Positions 38,791 through 52,757 of a stretch of 64,000 bases of DNA are shown here, in pieces. How positions within the stretch are numbered: position 1 is the stretch's first letter; the number at the start of each line of letters is the position of its first letter. The notes beneath the pieces were generated by a model that had not been told where the DNA came from, did no database searches, and saw only the letters and a program-made list of their open reading frames with translations. The DNA comes from Octopus bimaculoides. Lineage: Eukaryota. Position numbers and translations under genes: made by a program. Location of the stretch: the NCBI RefSeq assembly GCF_001194135.2, contig NC_068995.1:35789235-35853234 (forward strand). Direction: 5' to 3'.

Positions 38791-39696
38791 GCTGGTGGTA
38801 ATGACAACAGCAGTAAGAGATATATCATTAATATTCTCTGTGACCATTCAGGTCATTTGTAGTGTTAGAGATGGAAATAAAAACAACCTTTCCACACAGT
38901 AACTTTAATAATATATCATCAGTTTAGTACAGAAGTGACTTTTAGCATGTATGCTATTAGCAGCAGGAACACCACATTGTTCTGCCTCTATCTGCATTTC
39001 AGATCTTGGGCAAAGTGCAAATCATATATCAGTGTTGTCATCATCATCATTATTATTATTGTTATTATTATCGTCATCATTGGCACCACAGTTTATCATC
39101 ATCATCATCATTTTACTCCAACTGTCCATACTGGCATGGGTTAGACAGGCCTGCTCATATAGATGGATCAGTTGGTGGGGAGTGGACATTATTTTGCTTG
39201 TGTTTCATTTTAGGGGCTGGATTTCATTTCATTTTTGGGGCTGCATGCTCTTCCTAACACCAACCATTTTACAGAATGTACTGGCTGCTTGTTTTCATGC
39301 CAACAGAACTAGAGAAATGTCATGTCTTTGACAAAAACTTAAAGGGACTCAAACCTAAAAGGTAGAGCAATGAAAGAGGTAGAAAAGGAATAAGAGTATA
39401 CTGATGACATGGGATAACAACATGACAGACAGTTCAGGAGGGGCGGGTTAACTGAGCACAAGTGGTCTAATGTAGCCACCTACACTTAGATGATGAGAGG
39501 GTCCGATGTGGTCTGAGTACTGAGATGGAAAAGGGGTGGGTGCTGTACCAGAAAACTGCACAAAAGAGTGATGGGGTGAAGGTCAAAACAGGTAGAGAGA
39601 TAAACAGATTAGAAGCGATGCACAGATTTACTGATATCTTAAGTCACTTCAGAGCAAGACAAAGTGTAAATTCAAAAGAGGAGGGTGCAAAAGAGT

Positions 39697-40087
39697 GTTG
39701 TTGTTGTTGGCACTCCATCGCTTACAACGTCGAGGGTTCCAGTTGATCTGATCACCGGAACAGCCTGCTCGTGAAATTAACGTGCAAATGGCTGAGCACT
39801 CCACAGACACGTGCACCCTTAACGTAGTTCTTGGGGAGATTCAGCATGACACAGTGTGAAAAGGCTGGCCCTTTGAATTACAGGCACAACAGAAACAGGA
39901 AGTAAGAGTGAGAGAAAGTTGTGGTGAAAGAGTACAGCAGGGTTCGCCACCACCCCCCCTGCCGGAGCCTCGTGGAGCTTCAGGTGTTTTCGCTCAATAA
40001 ACACTCACAATGCCCGGTCTGGGAATCGAAACCGCGATCCTATGACCGCGAGTCCGCTGCCCTAACCACTGGGCCATTGCGCCTCCA
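39697..40087 (-). mobile_element. Young tRNA-derived SINE family D with (AAC)n tail
   Basis: Head ggaggcgcaatggcccagtggttagggcagcggactcgcggtcataggatcgcggtttcgattccc; CpG-rich. Confidence 0.85.
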
Positions 40088-42263
40088 TGCAAAAGAGTGT
40101 AATCTATTGTAAACAGTAGATAAGTGATAAAGGCATGGGTGAAAGAATGCAATGTTTAGCAACAAAAGCAAGGGCAACAGATGAGCTACAAAGGCAGGGG
40201 CAAGTGAATGCAATGTGTGACAAACAGAAGAGAGAGACCCACTGCCAGTAATATACTACAATGCAATTAATAAAATAAGGGAAGGAGGGTGGGAGGGAGT
40301 GAGAGATGAGTAATAAGAGCATGGGTGCAGGAAGCAAGAAAGATAAAGGCCTAGGCTAAAAGAATATAAAAGACAGTGGATGAGCAAAAGACAGATGAGT
40401 GAAAAAAGGGACAGATGAACAGATAGATAGATTAGAATAGATTTCTCTTCCATGCAGTAGAATATTTACTTTTATTTCATTTTATACAAAATAAATTTGT
40501 AGTCACAACTTCTGAGGATACTAGAGTTGATATGTGTAGACAAGACACATTTTGGTAAATAGCTTTTTATTTGTAGTTTATGATTTTGCAAAGCATAGTG
40601 TTTTCTATTCAATATCAAATAACATTTTGGTTCATTTTAAATTGAAAATATTATTTCACAATAATGTACCAAATTTGAAATTCTGATTTCTAAAAGTATT
40701 GGTTTGTTGATAAAATTTAGTTTTAAATGAAGTGATTGTTCAATTAATATAGAATGCTGATGTCAAATTTATATTGACAATGGGACAATGTTCCAATTCC
40801 TTGATCTGGAAAATATTTTCCAGGAAACAATTTTGGTGAGAAGGCTGTGTTTATAATTTAGATTGATTTGATTTTATTAATTTTTGTACAAAAATATATG
40901 TAGCTGAGTATGACATTTTAATAATATTTTGGCTGAAGAACTTGAAGTATTTGTCCTTCAGAAAGAAATATTGGGGCTAATGCAGAATCACATCTTTCCT
41001 TGAAAAATGTATTTTTTTGAAAACAATTTTTCGGATTTCCTATGTTTTAGATGTCAGAGATTATGAATATGCAAAAAAANNNNNNNNNNNNNNNNNNNNN
41101 NNNNNNNNNNNNNNNNNNNNNNNNNNNNNNNNNNNNNNNNNNNNNNNNNNNNNNNNNNNNNNNNNNNNNNNNNNNNNNNNNNNNNNNNNNNNNNNNNNNN
41201 NNNNNNNNNNNNNNNNNNNNNNNNNNNNNNNNNNNNNNNNNNNNNNNNNNNNNNNNNNNNNNNNNNNNNNNNNNNNNNNNNNNNNNNNNNNNNNNNNNNN
41301 NNNNNNNNNNNNNNNNNNNNNNNNNNNNNNNNNNNNNNNNNNNNNNNNNNNNNNNNNNNNNNNNNNNNNNNNNNNNNNNNNNNNNNNNNNNNNNNNNNNN
41401 NNNNNNNNNNNNNNNNNNNNNNNNNNNNNNNNNNNNNNNNNNNNNNNNNNNNNNNNNNNNNNNNNNNNNNAATTATTAAACACATTAATGTTTGTCTCTC
41501 ATAAAATGGTATATATTTGATTTACATTTAATTATTATTTAGAATTATTTAAGGGAAACACAAGTGAAACACAAATTCTTTTCCCTTTAATGTTTTTGTC
41601 TATATTTAATTTCAATTTGCATATGTTAGTCCATTTGTTACGGTCTCTTTAAGGTAAACAAAATCAAAATTTTAAATTGGAGGTGGGGTGAAATTTGCAA
41701 AGGTAATTTTTTGGGGCATATTTGTAATTACTGACATCTAAAATGTAAGAATCCGAAATTTTTTTTTTCAAAAAATTCCTTTTTTTTGAAGAAGTCTGAT
41801 TCTGCATTAGCTCCAAAATATTTATTGAGGTGATTGTTAATAATTGTAAATTATAGGTGGATTGTACCATACAAAGGATCTTTTGCTGTATTAAATTTTG
41901 CATTGTCATGGTATGTTACCTTTTCTGTTTTATCTATTTGTGTAAGTGCTTCATTATAATATATTGTTGGATAAATTGTTGAAACCTTGCTCATTATATG
42001 ATAAATTAAAAAATTCTAAGAATACATTTTTTACTAAATATTTCATATTAATCAATGCGGTTTGGAACACCTGTACCTTTTGTATTTCAGGCACTATATC
42101 ATCAAACCAGAATCAAAACACAAAGTTATTGATCTTTATATGTATATATCAACAAATTACCCATGGCCATAAGATACCTAATGTTATATAGGAATACACT
42201 ACCCTAAACACTACCAATGATAAATTTTCAGAGGAATGGTCTAAATGAATATAACACATAATT

Positions 42264-42357
42264 CTAAAATACAAACTTAAAACACCATTAAAATACAAAC
42301 TTAAAACATCATTAAAATACAAACTTAAAACACCATTAAAATACAAACTTAAAACAA
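42264..42357. repeat. 24-bp minisatellite (taaaatacaaacttaaaacaccat) x ~3.8
   Basis: Direct reading; gives the LSLYFNGV repeat in the minus-strand ORF. Confidence 0.95.
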
Positions 42358-42399
42358 ACAAATAATTCATCTTTATAGCAATAGTACTCAACTAAAAGA

Positions 42400-44590
42400 A
42401 GTTTAATATTATATCTACCAGTTGTATTCGAGTATAAATATCTATTTTTATAACCATTAAAAGAATTCTTTTCAAATCTTTTTCTCCATATACTCTTTGT
42501 TATTATTGCTCCTGTGCATCTGCCACATACAAATACTACTTTCTCCATTAACCTACTTGTAAAACCACTGCACATCTTGAGTGTCCTTAGCTTGCACTGA
42601 GTATGCTGTATGGAATTTCTACCAACTTTTTTCTGTATAACAAGTAAAGCTATTTTCCTGAAGAGAGTAGAAGAATCCTGTCAGTTTTCCTGCTTACCAG
42701 AACTTTGGTCTTTGCTAAGTAAACTTTAAGGCCCTTTGATTTCAAATTTCGCTTCTACACCTGGAATTCCATTTCTTATTCTACTATAGATTTTGATTTA
42801 AGAATAAGGTCATCAGCATACAGCAATTCCCATGGGCAACTAGACTTAATCTCCTTTATTATGGCTCAAAGGATCACGATGAATAAGAGGCAAATGAGAG
42901 CTGAGCCCTGATAAACTCCTACCTGCACATTAAATTCATAGCTTTACCCATTAATTTTGCCTTACTAACAGTATCTCTGCACATGGTTTGTGTGGTTCTC
43001 ACAAGCCAGTCATCTACCCCTAGCTTCCTCTGTGACCACCATATTGCAGAGAGGACCCTGCTGAAGGCTTTCTCCAGGTTGTCGAATGCTAAACACAGTG
43101 GCTTAATTTTGACTAAATACTCCTCCTGCAATTGCCACACTAGCAAGAGGATATCTCTAATACCTTTTCTCTGGCACAAACCAAACTGCATCTCACTAGT
43201 CTAAATTTTTCTCTAATTAATTGGGCTATAACGCTTTTTTTAACTTTCATGACCTGATTCAGCAATTTGATGCTTTTGTAATTACTTCTATCAAAGGCAT
43301 CCCCTTCATCCTTATAGCAGTTGACTATAATACTACTGTGCCAGTCATTGGTATGACACCTTCCTGTATACTCTGATTGACTATGCAGTTAACTAGGTTG
43401 TATCCAATACTATCAAATATTTTAAGTATCTTAGCAGTAATCCTTGATGAGCCATAGGCTTTTCCTGTTCCCATATCCTTAATTGTCTTATCTATCAAAC
43501 TGTTATCAGCTAGAACTAGAATGGCTGGACCCTCTGTTAAATCCATGCTTGGAAGTCCCTCTTTCACCCATACATTCTACACGTTTAATAACATTTCATA
43601 ATAGTGCTCTCCATGCATCTTTCATTTTAGAATCACTAAATGCAAGTGTACTATTATCCATCTGCACACACTTCTTATCTACAACATCTCAATTCTGATA
43701 CACCATCTTGCAATCCAGAACACCTAATCCTCATACATAGAACACTGGCAAACCTCTTTCTTTCTGTTTCTCCCCTTGTAAAATAATCTTGCTACCTAGC
43801 TTCTCTCCTAATTACCTGATATAATTCTCTACTATCCTCATTCGTTCAAGCCTATCTCTGCAATTGTCTGGCTGGAACATACACCAGTCGCAGATTTGGT
43901 CTGTAACCCTCAGTAGATTGCCTCATAAGAACTTCCAGTTGACTTCTATTATTTATTTCTTTATTGCCCAGAGAGGGCTAAACATAGAGTGGACAAGAAA
44001 GGACAGACAAAGGGATTAAGTTGATTATATCAACCCCAGTGCATAACTGGTACTTATTTAATTGACCCCGAAAGGATAAAAGGTAAAGTTGACCTTGGTG
44101 GAATTTGAACTCAGAATGTAACAGCAGACAAAATACCACCAAACATTTTGCCTGAAGTGCTAATGATTCTACCAGTTCACTGCCCTAATATATATATATA
44201 TCACTGACCTCTATACTATACACCTCTATCTCCGCGTCTATTTCATCAAATGCTTTAGTCAGAACTTCATTAAAACTCTGTGTGTTTAATAAATCCTTAC
44301 TCTTCTGTATCTCCTTTATAATGCTTGTTTGTAACCCTGAATTCTTGAAGCTCTAAGTCTGAAGTCATTAACCAGTAGCCAATGCTGGAGTGTACATTTT
44401 TTATCAGGGAAGGACTCTGCATTTATAACCATACATCTGTCTCGTTTTTTCTAGTGAGAATGCACCCAATCTGACTTGTGTACCTGCCAGACTGATAGGT
44501 GATCATGTGTCTAGCTGGTTCCCTGAAGTTAGTTTTGCAAACTGTTAGGTCATTTGTATTGCAGAACTCCAAAAGCCTTGTTCCCTCCTT
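42400..44590 (-). mobile_element. Decayed RTE-clade LINE (endonuclease C-terminus and RT), interrupted by a SINE at ~43945-44190
   Basis: Translations include QFGLCQRKGIRDILLLVWQLQEEYLVKIKPLCLAFDNLEKAFSRV...WW and EGPAI...KTIKDMGTGKAYGSSRITAKILK, typical RTE ORF segments with stops and frameshifts. Confidence 0.9.
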
Positions 44591-44621
44591 TTATATATAC
44601 ACATATATGCATGGGTGTTTG

Positions 44622-44632
44622 GGTGGGTAGGT

Positions 44633-44695
<63 letters not shown>

Positions 44696-44716
44696 TAGAT
44701 AGATAGATAGATAGAT
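44622..44716. repeat. Compound tetranucleotide microsatellite GGTG/GGTA/GGCA/GACA/GATA
   Basis: Direct reading. Confidence 0.95.
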
Positions 44717-45449
44717 GAAAACTAAATTATGAATTAAATCCAACTCTAATAATGTAAACATTAAATTATGAATTAAAAGCAAATCTAATAACGTAAACAT
44801 TATTGGTTACACACACACATACATAGTGTATGTGTTTTGTTTATACACCCATTTGCTGCAGGATAGCATCCTGGAAGAGCTCCTGACAATACTGAGTGTT
44901 AAAGAACACTAAATGTCCTAGACCAGGTGAGACAACTTGCTTTGTGATGACTGAGAATGATGGATATCAATATTTCACCATTGCTGTATCTCCTCATTGT
45001 GATGTACCTGAAATACCTCAAAAGGAAGCAAATCACCAATCTAGGACATTCATGTAAATAGCATGAAGTCTATTTGCTGATGTGCTGCAGTGTAGCACAT
45101 GTAAAAGAAAATTAAATTAAATTAATTATGTCAACAAACCGGAGACTCTGGTGCAACTGAAGGAGAACATCAACAGAACATAAAATGCTTTACACTTGAC
45201 CACAAACTTAAAGTAATGATATACTACAAAACACCAGAATCAAAGCCTTCTTATCAATAACTACAAATGATCAATGTAATCCAAAAATTCGATTATAGAA
45301 GTGGAAATAGTAGTTTTCAGGACTCTCAATGTTACTTTAGACATATTAGTACAACACTTTTGTAGACTCACCATGCATTAACAACAAGGAGCTATTACAT
45401 AACATTGGACCATACACCACAAAACAAAATATTGGAGGATAACACTTAC

Positions 45450-45519
45450 ATGCTTTGTGGAATTCATCAGAGAAATTGAAGATCAGTCATGGAGGTCATA
45501 CCAATATTTCTATACAATG
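45450..45519 (-). other. Candidate non-coding exon
   Basis: Acceptor gttattttag and donor CAT|GTAAGT. Stops in all three frames. Splice-site pattern only. Confidence 0.2.
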
Positions 45520-46465
45520 CTAAAATAACTATGCAAACAACACACAGACATCAAAGGCCATCATCATCATCACCATCATCGTCATCATGGTCATCATCAT
45601 CATTATCATTATTATTATTATTTCACGTCTGTTTTCCATGCTGGAATGGGTTGGACAGTTTAAAAGGAGATGATGAGCTAGAAAACAGCACCAAGCCCTA
45701 GTGTCGGCTTTGGCATGGTCTCTACGGCTGCATGCTCTTCCTAATGGCAACCACTGCCCAGAATGTACAGGGTGTTTTTTTATGTGGAACCTGCACTGAC
45801 AAGGTCACCAAATAACTTGCATGGCAAAGACCCCCTCGACTGAGATGGGGGAGTGGTATTAAAAGAGGTGGCTGTATGCCAGGTGATGAGAAGTTACACT
45901 ATGATAGGACAGAAACAGGTGTCTTGCTGTAGAGAATACATGGCTAATCTAGAGGAGGAGGAGGAGGAGAAGAAGAAGAAGTGCTAGGGCATACCCAAGT
46001 GGAGTAGTACAAAGGATTAGACAGAGTAAAAGAGCAGGGAGATCAAGAGAGTGTAAAAGGGGAGTAGCAGGATGGCAATGGTACAGTTTGCAGGGAGAGG
46101 AGAGAGAGAGAGATGACAAAATGGTGTTAGGCTGCAAGAGCTGGGGGGGGGGGAGACAAGCATAGTGCAAGATGAGATGCTAAGTGTATTCAATTCTTGA
46201 AAATGAGACTCTGAAGGTTTGGAAATGGTGAAAACAAAGTTGGGAAGTTTATAGCTCCAAACAAGATGTAAAATATCAATATGAAATTGCATAAAATCTA
46301 CAATGAAAAAGATAAAACTAGAACGCAATTATGTATTTAATGAAACACACACACACATATTCACATACTGCATATAGGCAAAGACAAGGTCAAAACAGTG
46401 TTCAATGCTAAGAGAACAGTACTATTTACTATAACAGCTGTTATAATCATCCATGTATCTATCTA

Positions 46466-46547
<82 letters not shown>

Positions 46548-46660
46548 CATATATATATATACATACATATATACATATATATATATACATACATACATAT
46601 ATATATACATACATATATATATACATACATATATATATATATGTATATGTATGTATGTAT
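46466..46660. repeat. (TA)n/(TACA)n microsatellite, representative of many TA/CA/GA tracts, several flanking N gaps
   Basis: Direct reading. Confidence 0.98.
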
Positions 46661-46671
46661 ATATATTTTTT

Positions 46672-46978
46672 CTTTATTTGTGAATTAAGGCTACCATTGG
46701 TTTCATGTAAAGAAAAATAGGAAAATATTTTAGTGTCTTAACAATTTTTCAAGCTAATCATATGGAGAAAACAGTTTCGCTTCATTCACAGGATTTCTTG
46801 TAAATTCGCATAAATAAAACAATTTACGAGAAATCCAATGAATGAAGCGAGACTGTTTTCCAAAATGGAGGCAAACACGTCTCTCAATGTGATCGGATTG
46901 AAAAATTGTTAAGATACTGGGATATTTTCCCACTTTTCTTAGCATGAAGCCAATGGTAGCCTTAATTCACAAATAAAG
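46672..46978. mobile_element. 307-bp foldback / palindromic MITE
   Basis: Perfect 29-bp terminal inverted repeat ctttatttgtgaattaaggctaccattgg. Imperfect pairing continues inward to a 14-nt loop at 46807-46820. Confidence 0.85.
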
Positions 46979-47158
46979 GAATTATATATCCACCAAAGCG
47001 GTGTTGAGCACTCATTTCATCATTCAACATTTACATGTATGAATATATATATATATATATTGACACTCAGAAAAAGTGATTTAAGGTGGAAAAAAGACAG
47101 GGTGTGATGTTTTGAACTTGTTCTTTGTCAGAAAACGGAAGGTAGAAAAAGTCCTGAG

Positions 47159-47195
<37 letters not shown>

Positions 47196-49145
47196 NNNNN
47201 NNNNNNNNNNNNNNNNNNNNNNNNNNNNNNNNNNNNNNNNNNNNNNNNNNNNNNNNNNNNNNNNNNNNNNNNNNNNNNNNNNNNNNNNNNNNNNNNNNNN
47301 NNNNNNNNNNNNNNNNNNNNNNNNNNNNNNNNNNNNNNNNNNNNNNNNNNNNNNNNNNNNNNNNNNNNNNNNNNNNNNNNNNNNNNNNNNNNNNNNNNNN
47401 NNNNNNNNNNNNNNNNNNNNNNNNNNNNNNNNNNNNNNNNNNNNNNNNNNNNNNNNNNNNNNNNNNNNNNNNNNNNNNNNNNNNNNNNNNNNNNNNNNNN
47501 NNNNNNNNNNNNNNNNNNNNNNNNNNNNNNNNNNNNNNNNNNNNNNNNNNNNNNNNNNNNNNNNNNNNNNNNNNNNNNNNNNNNNNNNNNNNNNNNNNNN
47601 NNNNNNNNNNNNNNNNNNNNNNNNNNNNNNNNNNNNNNNNNNNNNNNNNNNNNNNNNNNNNNNNNNNNNNNNNNNNNNNNNNNNNNNNNNNNNNNNNNNN
47701 NCAACTCTCAATTTTCATGCATCCTTATTTTTCCAACCATTATCTACATGAATTACCATTGAACTTTAAAAGCTCAAAGACAATATAATGTATTGGTATA
47801 TTTATTTTTTTATATATTATTTTTTTTATATATTATTTTTTTCATTTTTTACTTTTTTGTAAAAAACATTTTCATTCTCCCTCTTCTTGAAAATTTGCCA
47901 TGCAACGAAAGCCGGTTAGAAATCTTTATTAAAATATTCTTCCAGTTTAGCATTCTGCTTTATTATTATTTTTCATTTTCCTATTATTTCTCCACGTGCG
48001 GTTAACACAACCCCACTATTTACTGACTTATATATATATATACATACACATATATGTTCAACGGGTTTCTTTCAGTTTCCATCACATCAACTAATTTATG
48101 CAGGAGAGATGACAATGCAAGTGTACTGTGAGATATGTGAGATATGGATAACACCCATGTTCTTTTAATGACAGAGACACATAGGAAGTCAGTTATCAGA
48201 ATGCAGGTAGTCGGTGACAAAATGACTGCAAATTACAAAGACTGGAAATGATGATGATGATCCACAACTTAGTAAGCAATCCTTCCTTCCTCAGCCACTG
48301 ATCTGTGAAAGCAGTATTACCACCACCCAAGTTGGTGCAAATCCAAAACAGAAAGGTGCAGGAAATGGAGGCAGGTAGAATTTTGATATTGATTTGCAAA
48401 CAGTTGGAGTACCATCTGGCACCACAATCTTGTATAGGCTACAAGCTTTACAATCATCACTAAACTTATATGAACTGAACTCATAAAAAAATACTCAAGT
48501 GAAAGCATATGAATGTTAAAGTACTCACAACATACAAAAGCATTAAGCAATCTATGTTAGAAAATTAATCTATTATCTTGGCATCAATTACATTATAAAT
48601 ATCAACAAGAAACCACCTGAAATGCTGCAACCCAAATCACAACAGGATACCAACATCACACATTTATACAACAAAACGTGTACTCACATTAAACATACAA
48701 CCTGCAACTCTAACAGAATCCACAACACATATCCTACATTCACAACAAACAACTTTATCAACTAAAATTACTAATATAAATAATTTTTTACAACAAAAAA
48801 CTACACCACTAACATCCCTGCAGCCCCAGAAGTCACATATGAACTAACACAAATAAACCTACAAGCAATACATACATATTCATTCACAAATAAACAAAAA
48901 CTACTACTCAGACACATTCAAACTGTACCGGCACAACTCAGAACTAACTGTTTTTTCCTTAGCATACATATACATATGTGAACTAAATATGGATTACCTT
49001 TACTTTGATCCCATAGTGGCAGCCAATAATTTTGGTAGCTAAGACCTGCCTGAGAGAGGGATTCCACAAAGGGCAATACTCTGAAGGGATCCCTTCAAAG
49101 ACACTAAAACCTGATTAGAACACAATGTAATTAAAAGATATACAG

Positions 49146-49508
49146 CAGTGTTTTCCAACCAATTTTCTCCAACACCCCAGAATAATTTTCCAGAAAAATG
49201 TATGCCCCACCTGTGGTTGGAAAAAAACAACTTTATTTTTAATATTTCATTATAATATACTTTCCTTAAAGAAATATCCACACTAGAGCATTAGAATAGC
49301 ACTATACTGTAACAAACAGTCTTCACACAATATGCTTCGCTGGAGGGATTGGTTTGGCTAGGCTGAGTGTAGGTGTAGTATGTTTGCGGTGTTAAAAAAG
49401 ATTTTCATAATTCTATGTCACACTAAAAAGAAAAAAAATTGGATCCCACACTCCATCATAATTTTTCCAAGCCCCTGTGGGGTGTATGCCTCACATTAGG
49501 AATCACTG
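49146..49508. mobile_element. hAT-type MITE
   Basis: Termini cagtgttttccaacc / attaggaatcactg. TSD decayed. Confidence 0.6.
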
Positions 49509-52485
49509 ATGTATACAATTCATATCAAGCCAATACTGGAGTGGACAAGTAAAACATAAGTTGATGTGACCCAAAATACTGACTAAATGTTTTTGGAAAA
49601 CACAATAAACCAAGAGCTAGAAAGTGTGGAAAAGAAGTGGAAAGACAGACAGAGAATGAATAGAAATTGATGAAGTGATATAGTCAATATGACAAAAACA
49701 AAGGAAGAATAGAGATAAAATAAGAGACAAAAATGGAAAAGAGAGATAAGAGGATAATTGAATATGAAGAAAGAAAAAGACAAACAAAAATGAGATAAAA
49801 TTGTAAAATAAGGAGAAAAGAAAGAAGGATAAATAGTTTTTATATGAAAACAATTTTGAAAAATGCAATGCATTAAAAAAAATAGTTTATAACAGGAAAA
49901 GTAAAAGGATACAAGGCCACCAACCAAAAAATATATCCACTTTGCAAAAATTTTCAGATAATAAGGCAAGTGAAAAATAATAACAAATGACATTAGGTAA
50001 TTATCCAATTGTTTTCTTGTTAGAATATCCAGGTATAGTGTAAGGTGAGGCATTTCACTGAAATAATACCAATTGCTCAGTACAAAGGTGACAATTTATT
50101 GGGTAGTGCCAGTTGTTGGTCAGGAGGAGCAGCCAATGAAATAGGAAGAGATGAGCCACAGAATTAAAGACACTTGCTGGTTGGTTGTTAGCTGGTTCAT
50201 TGTTCAGCTAGTGGAAATCCACACATTTTATATCAATCAGGTTTATTGAAAGTTGAGGTTGCTTTCCATAGAATGTAGGACAAGAGGTTATCCCCTAATT
50301 TTGCACCCACCACTTTATATAGAAACTACTATTGCTTTCTTATTGTTTTTTTTTTATTAAACTCATTCATTTTACTTTTTATTATTTTATTTCTATTAAC
50401 TTTTCTATTGTATTTTAATATTTTCTTTTAATTACAATTAACAACTTAATTAAGGTTGTTGACATGAAATTATAGAAGTATGTGTTACAAATTTTTCAGA
50501 ACAGAAAATTGAGAAAGTTGACTTAGTGGTTAAAAGAGAGTGAGATAGAAGTAATTACTTTTGGCTGTCAATAAATATCATGTAACAGATGTAGAATTTA
50601 ATGTGTTCCATTGTGAGCTTGGATGTAACATACCTTCTAGTTCATATCTTTTCTCTTTCATATTTCAAACTAGATTTTTATCTCAATTTGTGTGCGTGAG
50701 AGAGAGAAAGACAGGTAGTCAGAGACAATGTGTATTCATATGTGCATGTGTTTTTATTTTAGTTACATGAGTGTTTACGCACATGCTATTTATGTAAAAA
50801 TGAAAATAATTTAAACTTTTATCTTTTTAATTAAATAATATTTAAACAGAAATGAACTGATGTAAATGAGTTGAAAAAAATATATATGTATATAAAAACT
50901 AGAATATTGTCAATCCAAGCACGAGAATCACATCAAATAAATTAACTTCAAGAAACAAAAAAGACAATAACAACCACAGCTGATTCTATGGAGTAAATTT
51001 ACGTATTGTATTTTTGTCCTGATTATTATTGCAGTTCAACTTATTTTCAGCATTTGTGCAAATAATTCACAAACATTTATCTAAACCAGTAATTTTTCTC
51101 TTTTTATTTCTTTCCTATTTTTCATTTCTTTTTTTTTTTTTTTTTTTTTTTTTTATAAATCTCAAGACAAGTTTAAAAGGGGCAAAATACAAACAAACCT
51201 AAATAAGTAGAAACAAAAACTGCAGTTATTTATTTTGTCTGGCAGAATAAAAGATTTTACTGCCTACAGTCTAGATAGGTGCAAGAATTTCAGTTGTGCA
51301 TAAAAGCAGAAGTAATGGTTAAGACCAGCAGACATGAAATTATATGCAAAGTAAAATCACTAAGATGATTCTTGTTGGAGAGTAATGAGCAGGAGTACAA
51401 TGTGTCCCTGACAGAAATTACAGTGCTAGAATAGTGACACATACAAACATACATACACACAAACATATATATATGATGGACTCTCCCAACAAAAATGATG
51501 TTTGAGTGTTCAACTTTTGCAAAACATTTCATTTCGAGTTGCCCTGCAATCACTTCAACACCTGACATGTGGTACACTGTGCACCTGTTCAGGCAACATT
51601 GATTTTGATGGAGGAAGAGAGTGAACTAATGTACATCGCATGCATTTGATCACTATAAACAAATCATATACGTATGTATATCAGTACACAAACACTGGTA
51701 TAAATAAACAAACAATGGTGTAGATAAACAAACACTTGTATTTATATATACAATAATTACACACATGTAAAACAAGACAACAAAATCAAAAGTAATATTA
51801 AATGAACAAATACTGTGGAAAAGTGACAGAGTAAAAAGTTATCCATTTCTTTAACATTTCTGATCCAATGACCCCACATTCAGGTCCTATCATTACATAG
51901 GGTACAACAATCACCACTACTTTTTAAAACACTGTCCTTATTAACCAGGTGAAAAGACAAAATCCACCTACAGTAGCAGCAACAAGCAATAACACTCCTT
52001 CGTCAGATTATACAAACTGTGTAATTTCAAAGTGAAAGTAAAAAACAATAACAATATGGAGCAGGTCTTTTTCCTTAGTTAACGACTCTCCTTATGGTCA
52101 ATTAGTGTACAATGTTACAATGTGTGTAATGTAGCCACTCTGTAGGTGGCAGTCAGTAGCAGGAACAATAACATTATTAATAATAGTGCTGGCTGGCCAG
52201 CAGCTACTGGGAATAGCAACAGAGAAATAACAGCTTTCCTATGTACATGTGTGTGTGTGTGTGTGTGCGTGCGCACACATACATAAGTGTGTATGTGCAC
52301 AGATGGAGGCTACATTTGCCTGTACCAACGAATACACATATATATATATATATGTATGCATGTATGTGTGTATGTAGACACACACATACACACATGCTCA
52401 CACACATATAATGTAACCTTAACACTTCAATAGATGTTTGGGTGTTTATACATATGTATACATAAATATGCATGTATGTATATGT

Positions 52486-52525
<40 letters not shown>

Positions 52526-52573
52526 ATAATGATGATAATGATGATTATATGTATGTGCGTGTGTATATATGTA

Positions 52574-52610
<37 letters not shown>

Positions 52611-52636
52611 TTATTTATTTATTTATATTTATATAT

Positions 52637-52757
52637 ATATATGGCCATATCACGTTCGAAACACTAGTTCTTGTCTGTTCATCAAAGTTAAGCAGTGTCG
52701 GGCCTCATTAGCACTTAGATGGGTGACCGCTTAAGAAACCTAGGTGCTGTAAATATT
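52637..52757 (+). pseudogene. 5S rRNA: Full-length decayed 5S rRNA copy
   Basis: tatggccatatcacgttcgaaacactagttcttgtctgttcatcaaagttaagcagtgtcgggcctcattagcacttagatgggtgaccgcttaagaaacctaggtgctgt is colinear with metazoan 5S rRNA. Many differences are CpG->TG/CA/TA, and there is no T-run terminator. Confidence 0.9.

Noticed and set aside
40020-40087. tRNA-like sequence
   Set aside because: It is the head of a SINE continuing into a body and (AAC)n tail, not a tRNA gene. The same holds for the other SINE heads.
42264-42357. Regular short repeats resembling a CRISPR array
   Set aside because: Direct tandem 24-bp units without spacers in a eukaryotic genome; a minisatellite.
48100-48960. C/A-rich decayed coding-like tract
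   Set aside because: Probably another retroelement relic, but no diagnostic motif could be read.
48997-49040. Short minus-strand peptide KIIGCHYGIK resembling a KH motif
   Set aside because: Lacks GxxG and has a weak acceptor; likely coincidence.
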